This document shows positions 46,876 to 55,272 of a DNA stretch of 64,000 nt, piece by piece; the stretch's first letter is position 1; the number at the start of each line of letters is the position of its first letter. The DNA is from Candidatus Saccharimonadota bacterium (GTDB lineage Bacteria; Patescibacteriota; Saccharimonadia; Saccharimonadales; Saccharimonadaceae). The stretch spans positions 52,070-116,069 of the forward strand of contig JAFWIF010000014.1 of the NCBI GenBank assembly GCA_017514975.1, read 5' to 3'. Position numbers and translations under genes: made by a program. The notes beneath the pieces are model-generated. The model ran no database searches, was not told the DNA's origin, and saw only the letters and a program-made list of their open reading frames with translations.

Positions 46876-46951
46876 GCGCGCGTAGCTCAGTGGATAGAGC
46901 ACCAGTTTCCGGAACTGGGTGTCGTAGGTTCGATTCCTATCGCGCGTACCA
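46876..46951 (+). tRNA. tRNA-Arg (anticodon CCG), CCA encoded
   Basis: GCGCGCG/CGCGCGT acceptor, CCAGT-TTCCGGA-ACTGG anticodon arm, GTAGG-TTCGATT-CCTAT T arm. Confidence 0.9.
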
Positions 46952-46964
46952 TTTGCATATGATT

Positions 46965-47552
46965 TTATGGCGAAAGCCGCTCGAGTCGCGCCATGCCAGA
47001 CGCAACGGTTAAGCGAAACAAGTCGCGATTGTTGCGGTAAAAATCCATAACTGCCCTGCTACTACCTGGCAATGCAGGGTTTTTATAATCGTGTACCATG
47101 ATAATGCCGCCATACACTATCTTTGGCGCAACCAATTGAAGACTTGAAGCAATTGAACTGTAAAAATCCCCGTCCAATAATGCAAAACAAATCGCTTCTG
47201 GTAAATCCTCGGCGCGCAGATCTTCGAACCAACCCTTGCGAATCGCTGGTTCTGGTAGTCGACGTTTTCTAAACTCTCTCAATACAGCATCCTTACTCGC
47301 TTTTAATGCACCGGCGCGAAATAAAGTGCCCGTTGCCGAAACATCTTCCTTTTGCTTCTGCGGTAGACCTTCAAAAGAATCGTATAGCCAAAGCCATTTA
47401 TCTGGTGTATTGCTTAGAGCTTCGGCAAGCAGCACCGAGGTCTCTCCCCTATAACAACCAAACTCAACAACGTCTCCTGGGAGGCCAACCACTCCTTCTA
47501 ACTCTTGGATAATTCGCTGCGTTTCTTCATCGCGCATCTGTTTGTTTGACAT
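46965..47552 (-). CDS. TylF/macrocin-O-methyltransferase-family SAM methyltransferase
   Basis: PGDVVEFGCYRGETS, LWLYDSFEGLP and LDGDFYSS blocks. Start taken at the ATG at 47552 (MSNKQMRDEE). Confidence 0.6.
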   Translation of the reverse strand: MSNKQMRDEETQRIIQELEGVVGLPGDVVEFGCYRGETSVLLAEALSNTPDKWLWLYDSFEGLPQKQKEDVSATGTLFRAGALKASKDAVLREFRKRRLPEPAIRKGWFEDLRAEDLPEAICFALLDGDFYSSIASSLQLVAPKIVYGGIIMVHDYKNPALPGSSRAVMDFYRNNRDLFRLTVASGMARLERLSP

Positions 47553-47627
47553 ATAGATATTATATTTATTTTCGACTTTAAAGTCGAAAAATTGTGCTAT
47601 CATGGAATGAGAAAAAGCGAGGTATAC

Positions 47628-48854
47628 ATGAAACATGTCAAACGAACTTTGATGCTACTTGCAATTTTTGCAGTGTTTGGGTTTGCGCGCAGTCTTGCGC
47701 CCGATTCTTCGCCCGCTTACACAGCCTTCGCAAGTCAACCTAATACCACCGACAACAACGCAGCAACTTCAGAAAAGGCGTCGTCAGACGATGCGGCAAA
47801 TACCGCCGATACAGCCGCTGTGCCTTTTTTGGTGAGTCTAAGCGAGGACGGCGAAAAAAATGATACTTGGTTGGATTTTGGCTTGGCCAATGAACTTGGA
47901 AAAACATATACTGATCGTTTTTTCGTCAAAAATCTTTCGAACGAAGAACTGTCATTAGATCTAGAAGCGGCCGACATAGGGGAGTCGAATTTAGATGATA
48001 AATATAAGGCTACCGACTGGCTAACAATTGTTGGTGGTTCTAGTCGTAAAATTCCGGCACACGAAATGATTGCAGTCAATCTTCGCCTAAAAGTTCCGTC
48101 CGAGTCCGTGGTTGACGGAAGTCATTATTTGCGTCTCGTAATTAAGGGTAATGGAGCCGAATCAAACTTAAAACTTAAGATTACCACTACTACGAAAGAT
48201 GCCTCGGCGACTGATTTTTTGCCACGCGCAACGCTCACTAAAAGAACGCTTCCGATTATTAATCTTGACCGAAAAGTTGCCTCATCAGTACGCATACGCA
48301 ACCAAGGTACGATAGGATTCTTTGCACAATGTAGCCTGCGTGCAAAAAAGGCGTTTGGAGAAGGCGAGCTATCCGAATGGCACCAACTGCATAACGCCAC
48401 ACCCGACACCGCGTTGGCCAATATTACGCTCGTAGAGGCGGAAGCAACCAAGACCAATTCTAATCCTGATAACAGCAACCAAGAACCAAGCGAGACAAGT
48501 ACGGAGCAGGCCGCGGACAACGATAAAACCACGACAGATGCAGATGCAGACATAGCAAACGGGACGCGCGTGGCGACGATTAGTGGTGGCGAGGAAGTTT
48601 TTCCTGAGCAAGAAACAACAATCCTTTGTGACGGAGAAATTGCAAACGGCATTTATCGCGCCGAGCAAACCGTAGCATATGTAAACGCAGAAAGCAAAGC
48701 GGTGGTTTCGTCGATAGAGCGCACAATCTTAATAATGCCAGCAATGATGTTTTGGTCGATTTTCGCTCTTCTGATAAGTGTAGCTGTAATCATAATTGTC
48801 GTTTTAGCGCGTCGCAAACGCCGAAAATCTAAGCCGGCATCACATAGCGCATAA
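47628..48854 (+). CDS. Secreted, C-terminally anchored surface protein, unknown function
   Basis: GAGG RBS plus the ATG at 47628. Signal peptide MKHVKRTLMLLAIFAVFGFARSLA, and a C-terminal TM plus RRKRRKSK. Confidence 0.5.
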   Translation: MKHVKRTLMLLAIFAVFGFARSLAPDSSPAYTAFASQPNTTDNNAATSEKASSDDAANTADTAAVPFLVSLSEDGEKNDTWLDFGLANELGKTYTDRFFVKNLSNEELSLDLEAADIGESNLDDKYKATDWLTIVGGSSRKIPAHEMIAVNLRLKVPSESVVDGSHYLRLVIKGNGAESNLKLKITTTTKDASATDFLPRATLTKRTLPIINLDRKVASSVRIRNQGTIGFFAQCSLRAKKAFGEGELSEWHQLHNATPDTALANITLVEAEATKTNSNPDNSNQEPSETSTEQAADNDKTTTDADADIANGTRVATISGGEEVFPEQETTILCDGEIANGIYRAEQTVAYVNAESKAVVSSIERTILIMPAMMFWSIFALLISVAVIIIVVLARRKRRKSKPASHSA

Positions 48855-49007
48855 GCAGAAAAATAAACATGGCAAAGATAAAGAATGAGATATCGCCATT
48901 TGGGGAAAATTTGACAGATAATGCCGTGTCTATTGTGGACAAGTTTTGCCGCATATCTCAATATCGGAATCGCGGTACTGAACTAAAACGAGCTGATAGG
49001 GCATAAA

Positions 49008-49496
49008 GTGAAAAAGCTAACTATATCTACTTCCGTTATAATTGCGATAATTATCTCCGTTGCCACTACAACAATCATGCTAAACAATAAAGAACCAGAT
49101 AAAGATCCGAGACTCTCGCCTACGACAAGCCGAACAATTAGCAATCAAGAAACGGTCGCAACTAAAATGTATGTCAATATAGACAATAAGAAACTTGAGG
49201 TAGATTTAGAAAATAACCCAACAGTTTCAGCCCTAGCAAACATGCTACCATTAACGCTTTCAATGAGCGACTTAAACGGTAACGAAAAATTTGCATATCT
49301 AAATGAATCTCTGCCAACAAACCCTTATACCCCAAAGCATATCGAGACCGGCGACGTCATGTTATTTAACGATAACTGCCTCGTTATCTTCTATAAGTCT
49401 TTTGATACGAATTACAGTTATTCAAAGATTGGGCACATTAATGATTTACCAGAATTGAACAACGAAGACATTTCGGTCATTCTAGATAGAGAATAA
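49008..49496 (+). CDS. Cyclophilin-like-fold protein with an N-terminal TM anchor
   Basis: LEVDLENNPTVSALANMLPLTLSMSDLNGNEKF...GDVMLFNDNCLVIFY matches my memory of the cyclophilin-like superfamily of small Firmicutes proteins. Confidence 0.45.
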   Translation: MKKLTISTSVIIAIIISVATTTIMLNNKEPDKDPRLSPTTSRTISNQETVATKMYVNIDNKKLEVDLENNPTVSALANMLPLTLSMSDLNGNEKFAYLNESLPTNPYTPKHIETGDVMLFNDNCLVIFYKSFDTNYSYSKIGHINDLPELNNEDISVILDRE

Positions 49497-49497
49497 T

Positions 49498-49872
49498 ATG
49501 CAAAAAAGTCGACAGATTGATACGATTATGGACTACATCCGAGCCGAATACGGCGCCGAACCAGAATTCCTGTGGCCAGAACGCTATCCTAGCTATGCGG
49601 TCTTCCGACATAGGGAAAATCGGAAATGGTTTGCGCTGGTCGCCACCATCTCCAGCAAGAGCTTGGGAATGAAAGACGATAAATTAATTGACGTCGTTAA
49701 TCTTAAGTTTGACAAGAGTCAGACTTATGACTTTGCGGAAACGAGCGACCATATTTTTCCGGCATATCACATGAATAAAAATAACTGGATCACCGTTTGG
49801 CTCGATGGCGCCCTATCAGACGAACTAATATTCGGACTGATTGAGAAAAGCTTTGCGCTCTCAGCTCAATAA
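49498..49872 (+). CDS. MmcQ/YjbR-family protein
   Basis: EPEFLWPERYPSYAVFRHRENRKWFALV...NLKFD...FPAYHMNKNNWITVWLDG. Confidence 0.55.
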   Translation: MQKSRQIDTIMDYIRAEYGAEPEFLWPERYPSYAVFRHRENRKWFALVATISSKSLGMKDDKLIDVVNLKFDKSQTYDFAETSDHIFPAYHMNKNNWITVWLDGALSDELIFGLIEKSFALSAQ

Positions 49873-49939
49873 AGCACTGCTCTTCTATGGACGCAATAAT
49901 TTATTCGTGTAACGGCAAATAAGTAGCCGGCTGCGTTGT

Positions 49940-51283
49940 TTATTTGAGCAAAGTACCATTTACATAGAGTTTATAGTTGTTTGTATGAATATTGCTATTG
50001 CTTGTATCGGCATTCGTAAGCGACTTAACGTAAGTATCGCCTGTTAAAGTTATCGAGCTAGAATCATCCAAAACAAGCTCGACCTCGCCGGCGTTATCGC
50101 CGTTAATGGCGCCGGTAAATGATGAGCCGTTAGTAAGATTCATAGTGAGCTTAGAAATCGAATCCACGACTATGTTGCCGGCAGCCTTTTGGTTAGCCAT
50201 ATTCAGTATAACGGTACCACCATTACTGCCAGACTTACCCCAAGAATCTGTTTGGATTCTGAGTAAATTGCCAGTATCGTCTCGATTTACGATCGTATTG
50301 TTATCAAGGTTAATCTCGGCAGTAGTATTTGTTACATAAAAGCTGTCACCCTTATTGGTGGTAATAGTGGAGCTTTTGGCGGTAAAGACAGCCTTACCAG
50401 AAGCCGCGTCGCCCGACATGGATTGATACAGAAAAATGTTCTTGTATGTAGTCGATTGACCATTGAGAGTATTGTTTGTATCGGTTAAGTCGACGTTTTC
50501 AAGCGTAACGCTGTTTTTTCCTTCAATAACGACACCCTCTGAAGCGGTTGCGGTAAGTGTGGCGTTTTTGACCGTAATATCTGCCGTAGAGTAAATTGCC
50601 GGGGAGCCTTTTCCGGTCGTCTTGTAGGTGCCCTTATCGACAGTAACGGTGCCGCCGCCGCGATCGGAGCGAATCGCCGCACTAGACGTACCAGCGGTGG
50701 TAATGGTAAGATTTTCAGCACTCATAGTTCCGCCGCCTGTGATCATAATTCCGCCAGAATTATTCTTGTTGGTCGTAATGGTAGAGTCAGAGATATTGAT
50801 CGTGGCGCCGTCAGACGTTGAGTTGTTAGTGGTCGCAGAACCGCCAAAGCTGAATACGCCATTTGCACCATTAGCGTCGGTAGTAATCTTAGCGTTCTTA
50901 ATGGTCAAGTTGGCTCTACTTTTTGCGACAATTGCAGAGTTGGTGCCGTAAAAGCTTGTATTGTCTCCATCATCCGAATCGCCAGTTTTTGCGACTGTAA
51001 TGTCCGATAAATTTGACCTTAAATTGCCAGAAACCAAAATTGCGTTCTGATTACTACTAGTCGACGAATAGCTGCCGCCCGTGATATCTTCGTCGGAGGT
51101 TATTTCTTTTGCCGATGAATAAGATACAGACGAAAGGTTATTGCCGGGACTCATTGAGCCGTTAACCCCAGGCGAACCTTTACTGTTGTTTACGGCGTGC
51201 ACAATAAAGAACCATAGGACGCCTAATATGACAGTGAGCACAATAATTATACCAATGGACAAGAGAGTCTTTTTATCTTTCAT
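49940..51283 (-). CDS. Signal-anchored parallel beta-helix protein (Cthe_2159-like carbohydrate-binding family)
   Basis: N-terminal TM, then repetitive T/S/G/N-rich beta-helix-like turns (ITTAGTSSAAIRSDRGGGTVTV, VKNATLTATASEGVVIEGKNSVTLENV). Confidence 0.5.
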   Translation of the reverse strand: MKDKKTLLSIGIIIVLTVILGVLWFFIVHAVNNSKGSPGVNGSMSPGNNLSSVSYSSAKEITSDEDITGGSYSSTSSNQNAILVSGNLRSNLSDITVAKTGDSDDGDNTSFYGTNSAIVAKSRANLTIKNAKITTDANGANGVFSFGGSATTNNSTSDGATINISDSTITTNKNNSGGIMITGGGTMSAENLTITTAGTSSAAIRSDRGGGTVTVDKGTYKTTGKGSPAIYSTADITVKNATLTATASEGVVIEGKNSVTLENVDLTDTNNTLNGQSTTYKNIFLYQSMSGDAASGKAVFTAKSSTITTNKGDSFYVTNTTAEINLDNNTIVNRDDTGNLLRIQTDSWGKSGSNGGTVILNMANQKAAGNIVVDSISKLTMNLTNGSSFTGAINGDNAGEVELVLDDSSSITLTGDTYVKSLTNADTSNSNIHTNNYKLYVNGTLLK

Positions 51284-51312
51284 GTAATTCTCCTTATTAG
51301 CTTTGCAATTCG

Positions 51313-51573
51313 CTAGCTGTTGTTTTCTGATGAAGAACCGTCGTCGCTTGGTTGTTCTGGTGGGGTACCGCCTTGGCTATTGTCGCCGCTTGGCATTTCT
51401 GGCGGAGTGCCACCGGGCGCTTGCATAGACGAATCGCTACACGAGCTAGTGTTCGCGCCAAGCGTCTTGATATATACGAGCAAACTTGCGGTTGAAATAA
51501 TTGCACCAATTAATACGCCAATAATGAATAAAATCACTTTTCCTTTGACGGTTTTTTCGGTAGTTTTTTCCAT
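51313..51573 (-). CDS. Small single-TM protein with a Pro/Gly/Ser-rich tail (paralog 1)
   Basis: KVILFIIGVLIGAIISTASLLVYI parallels the neighbouring ORF. The RBS is AGGAGGAAAA. Confidence 0.5.
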   Translation of the reverse strand: MEKTTEKTVKGKVILFIIGVLIGAIISTASLLVYIKTLGANTSSCSDSSMQAPGGTPPEMPSGDNSQGGTPPEQPSDDGSSSENNS

Positions 51574-51610
51574 AATATTTTCCTCCTAAAATACTTGATT
51601 GATGAATAGC

Positions 51611-51895
51611 TTATTGCTGTGACTTTTGGTCATTCTGCCCTTTTTGAGGAATCGCTCTTTGATTGTTTTGACCTCTTTGGTTGTCGGGTGGATTATTGGG
51701 CATGTTTGACGAAGAGCTGGGCTGAAATTGTGAAGGTTGATTGGCTGGTCGATTGCCAGCAACATTGATGCCGATTAGAAGTGACGAAGCGGATATGACT
51801 GCGCCGAGTAAAACTCCAATTACGAATAATATGATTTTGCTTTTGGCGGAATCTTCTGGGGCGTTATTTTCCTTATTTTTATTGTCTTCTACCAT
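51611..51895 (-). CDS. Small single-TM protein with a Pro/Gln/Asn-rich tail (paralog 2)
   Basis: KIILFVIGVLLGAVISASSLLIGI. The RBS is AAGGAG. Confidence 0.5.
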   Translation of the reverse strand: MVEDNKNKENNAPEDSAKSKIILFVIGVLLGAVISASSLLIGINVAGNRPANQPSQFQPSSSSNMPNNPPDNQRGQNNQRAIPQKGQNDQKSQQ

Positions 51896-51946
51896 GGCAA
51901 TAATCTCCTTATTAATTTAATTTCTAAGCAAATTATGACTGGCGTT

Positions 51947-51990
51947 ACTGAAAGAAAGCTGAAAAGGAGCTGATATTTATTTTCAGCTTT
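51947..51990. promoter_or_regulatory. Three CTGA-core direct repeats at 11-bp spacing plus an inverted copy, in the divergent intergenic region
   Basis: CTGA begins at 51948, 51959 and 51970. AAGCTGAAAA...TTTTCAGCTT is an inverted repeat (51955..51990). Confidence 0.35.
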
Positions 51991-52043
51991 ATTTTAGCTA
52001 TGGAAGGCACGATTATATTATAATTTAATGAAGGAGAAGCACT

Positions 52044-52703
52044 GTGAGAGTACTCTATGTAGAAGATGCAACTTTCCTAGCTGAGGCCGTAAAGCACAAT
52101 TTGGAAAAAGAAGGAATTACGGTCGATTTAGCTAGTGACGGCGAAGATGGTCTAGAAAAGGCGGTTGATGATATTTACGACTGTGTTGTTTTAGATATTA
52201 TGCTGCCAAAGCTATCGGGCACAGATATCCTGTTGCGCATGCGTGAAAAGAAAATTCAGACGCCAGTTATTATGCTCTCTGCGCTGTCGGAAGTTGAAAC
52301 GAAAGTCGAACATTTAGATCACGGCGCCGATGATTATTTAGCTAAGCCATTCAAGACCGCTGAGCTAGTAGCAAGAATTAAAGCTCTAATTCGTCGCCCG
52401 AAAAATATCGACAGTTCTACTCTTTCGTATGGAGATTTGGTGCTTGATAAAAACAGCGCCACGCTAAACGGCGAACAATTAACTGCCAAGGAAACCGAAA
52501 TTATCGAGGTGTTCATGAAGGCACCAGAAACGTTGGTCAACAAGGAGCACTTACTCGCAAAAGTCTGGGGCGAAGATGGTCTAGGCGAGGACAACTACAT
52601 TGAAACTTACGTTTCGAGACTACGCAAATTACTCAAGAAGGCACATAGCAAAACCAAAATCGTGACGATTCGCGGATTGGGTTACAAGATGACGGATAAA
52701 TAA
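52044..52703 (+). CDS. OmpR/PhoB-family response regulator
   Basis: GAAGGAG plus a GTG start. Receiver VVLDIMLPKLSG, and a winged-helix C-terminus IRGLGYKM. Confidence 0.85.
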   Translation: MRVLYVEDATFLAEAVKHNLEKEGITVDLASDGEDGLEKAVDDIYDCVVLDIMLPKLSGTDILLRMREKKIQTPVIMLSALSEVETKVEHLDHGADDYLAKPFKTAELVARIKALIRRPKNIDSSTLSYGDLVLDKNSATLNGEQLTAKETEIIEVFMKAPETLVNKEHLLAKVWGEDGLGEDNYIETYVSRLRKLLKKAHSKTKIVTIRGLGYKMTDK

Positions 52704-52705
52704 AA

Positions 52706-53662
52706 ATGTTTAGAAAACTTCGTAACCGAATCATTTTAACCACGATGGTCGTTGCGACAGTGGTGTTGCTCTTATCCGGCACGATTATTATGCTATCTGC
52801 GTCTACGATGCGCCCAGAGCCGAAGCCTCATCCTGAACTAAATAATAATTCAGCGATGGTGCGTCGAGACGACGAAGAATTAAGAAAGTTTATTGAGACG
52901 GATCGCAAGGAAGGGGACGCGCGATTACTCGCAACATTACTGTGCGTCGGCACCGTGATTGAGTTGGCGGTGTTTCTGATTGTATTTTACTTATCTCAAA
53001 AAATAGTTGAGCCAGTGAAAGATTCCTACGACAAACAAAGAGTATTTATTGCAAATGCATCGCACGAATTAAAAACACCGTTAGCCGTCATCCAGGCAAA
53101 CATTGAAGCGCTCGATGTCGATAAAGATAATGAAAAATGGAAGAATAATATCGAAACCGAGGTCAACCATGCTAATAAACTAGTGCTTGACTTGCTGCGG
53201 CTGGCGAGAATGGATGCTGGAAGTATAAAAAAGAGTCGGCCTGAAGAAGTCGATTTGGAAGCGGAAATCAAAAAGCGCATCGAGCTATTTCAGCCAAAGT
53301 TCAAAGGCGCCATTAAGTTTGCGTCGACAAATAATTACGTTGGAATGCTTCCGAAACAAGACGTGCTACAAGTCTTAGATATTCTACTCGACAACGCAAC
53401 AAAATACGGCAACAAAAAGATTTCAATTTCCATAAAAAATACAAGCATATCAATCTCCAATGATGGCGCCGAGATTACCGAAAAAGATTTAGAAAAAGTG
53501 TTCGATCGTTTTTATCAAACGGATAAAACAAACGAAGGCTCCGGGCTCGGGCTGGCGATTGCGAAAGCAATCTGTGAACAAAATGACTGGGCGATCAATT
53601 GCAAAAGTGAAAAAAACCGCACATGTTTTACCGTCATGTTTGCCGAAAAAAGATGTACCTAG
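52706..53662 (+). CDS. Sensor histidine kinase (two TMs, HisKA plus HATPase_c)
   Basis: H-box ANASHELKTPLAVIQ, N-box LDNATKYG, G-box GSGLGLAIAK. Confidence 0.85.
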   Translation: MFRKLRNRIILTTMVVATVVLLLSGTIIMLSASTMRPEPKPHPELNNNSAMVRRDDEELRKFIETDRKEGDARLLATLLCVGTVIELAVFLIVFYLSQKIVEPVKDSYDKQRVFIANASHELKTPLAVIQANIEALDVDKDNEKWKNNIETEVNHANKLVLDLLRLARMDAGSIKKSRPEEVDLEAEIKKRIELFQPKFKGAIKFASTNNYVGMLPKQDVLQVLDILLDNATKYGNKKISISIKNTSISISNDGAEITEKDLEKVFDRFYQTDKTNEGSGLGLAIAKAICEQNDWAINCKSEKNRTCFTVMFAEKRCT

Positions 53663-53861
53663 TTGGCCGGTCTTCGGGAAACAAAAAACTCTTTAGATTC
53701 ATTGTGTTTTCGGAATGGCAAGGGGCGGATAGAAGTTTAGCTACAATCTAAAGACTAAGAAAATGATATAATATTTTTACGGGTAAAAGAACACTTGCTT
53801 TCATCCTAGTCGCCGTTGACCTCCTCGCAATAACTGCAGGAGAAGATTGGACTAAAAGCCT

Positions 53862-53924
53862 ATGAGCCTTATCGTTAATATCTATTACACCGGCGAAAAC
53901 GGCTCTGCTAGACAAGCGCGTTGA
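53862..53924 (+). pseudogene. 20-codon remnant resembling the N-terminus of an ABM/quinol-monooxygenase-like protein
   Basis: MSLIVNIYYTGENGSARQAR then a stop. A shifted frame continues KFTKEIS. There is no full-length ORF. Confidence 0.3.
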
Positions 53925-54003
53925 CAAGTTTACGAAAGAGATTAGCTGAATACATCGTTAATTTATTGTACTGCAAAAAACTAGGTAATAAGACTTGAGC
54001 GAT

Positions 54004-55032
54004 TTACCAATTCTCGTATCTTTGGTTTTTATTGATGGCGGCGATATCGTTCATTTCTGTTGAGGTAAGTTCGAAGTCGAAAATGTCGAAATTTTCGGCG
54101 ATGTGATCGGGGTTGCTAGAGCCTGGAATAACAATATAGCCAGCCTGAATTTGCCAGCGTAAAATAATTTGGGCGGGAGTTTTGTGATATTTTTCGGTAA
54201 GAGCGACAATGGTCTCATTGGTGAAACTTTCCTCGGTGTGACCGCGACCACCAAACGGATACCAAGATTCGATCTTAATATTATCTTTTGCGGCGTACTC
54301 TAAAAGCTCAGTATTTTGGTAGAAAATGTGGTTTTCGTTTTGGACAAGCGCGGGAGTGATAGTGGCAAAACTTAGGACTTCGTTTAGCTCGTTCGGAGTG
54401 TAGTAATTTGAAATGCCAATTGAGCGGATTTTACCATCTTTTACGCCCTGTTCAAGAGCTTTGTAGGTGGCCCGATTATTAGTTCCTGGCTGGTGAATAA
54501 GGAGGAGATCGATATAGTCGGTCTGGAGTTTTGCGAGCGATTCGTCGATCGAGGCGTAAGCGCGGCTGTAATTTGAAGGCATGACTTTGGTAGTGATAAA
54601 AATATCTTTGCGAGCGATGAGACCTTCGTCGATGGCGCGCTTCATGGCTTTACCGACGCCAGCTTCATTACCGTAATATTGTGCCGCGTCGATAAGGCGA
54701 TAGCCAACTTTAATCGCGGTATAGACCGAGTTCTCGGCGGTTTCATTGTCGAGAGTCCAGGTGCCGAGCCCAAGCACGGGCATCTCGTAGCCGGAGTTAA
54801 GCTTGGTAGTGGGGGCTGGGGCTGTATTTGATGTGGTAGGGTTTGGCATGATGGGGCTCTCCTGTGGGAGCTGGTTAGTGTTGGTTGGAGTATGCGCGAG
54901 ATTGACGATAATAATTGTCACTATAACAACTGCAACGACTATACCGATAATGAGGCTTGTGATTGGAAAACTAATATGCGGACCAGTTGGTCTTGGAGCT
55001 AGCGAGTCGTTGCTGTTAATATTTTCCTCCAT
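54004..55032 (-). CDS. Aldo/keto reductase with an N-terminal TM anchor and a Pro/Thr-rich linker
   Basis: The AKR core begins at KLNSGYEMPVLGLGTW and continues with IDAAQYYGNE and LLIHQP. It is preceded by about 75 aa that include the TM ITSLIIGIVVAVVIVTIIIV. Confidence 0.75.
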   Translation of the reverse strand: MEENINSNDSLAPRPTGPHISFPITSLIIGIVVAVVIVTIIIVNLAHTPTNTNQLPQESPIMPNPTTSNTAPAPTTKLNSGYEMPVLGLGTWTLDNETAENSVYTAIKVGYRLIDAAQYYGNEAGVGKAMKRAIDEGLIARKDIFITTKVMPSNYSRAYASIDESLAKLQTDYIDLLLIHQPGTNNRATYKALEQGVKDGKIRSIGISNYYTPNELNEVLSFATITPALVQNENHIFYQNTELLEYAAKDNIKIESWYPFGGRGHTEESFTNETIVALTEKYHKTPAQIILRWQIQAGYIVIPGSSNPDHIAENFDIFDFELTSTEMNDIAAINKNQRYENW

Positions 55033-55046
55033 ATAATATATGGTAG

Positions 55047-55121
55047 CATTTTAGTTCCCCGCATGGTGAACCTTATCCATGCGGATCGAGCAAGAAATAT
55101 AAGCAGTGCCGCGGTAAATAA
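55047..55121 (+). pseudogene. Orphan 3-prime remnant encoding a SEC-C metal-binding motif
   Basis: In frame after a TAG: HFSSPHGEPYPCGSSKKYKQCRGK then a stop. There is no start codon or upstream ORF. Confidence 0.4.
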
Positions 55122-55272
55122 GCTCGCAAACCCACATAAAGCAAGGGGAAAACGCGAGTTTTTTCTTTGCTAAAAAATTGCGAAAAATCCTCAAAAATTC
55201 ACTTTAGATAACTTTTCACAGGTGTTTTCGAAAGACAGAAAATATGACATAATTAATATAGGATGTGAAAAA

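Noticed and set aside
48869-49006. A 45-codon ORF (MAKIKNEISPFGENLTDNAVSIVDKFCRISQYRNRGTELKRADRA) between two annotated genes
   Set aside because: It has no convincing RBS and no motif, and it is below the size at which I can separate it from chance. It ends 1 nt before the GTG of the next gene, so it may merit a Ribo-seq check.
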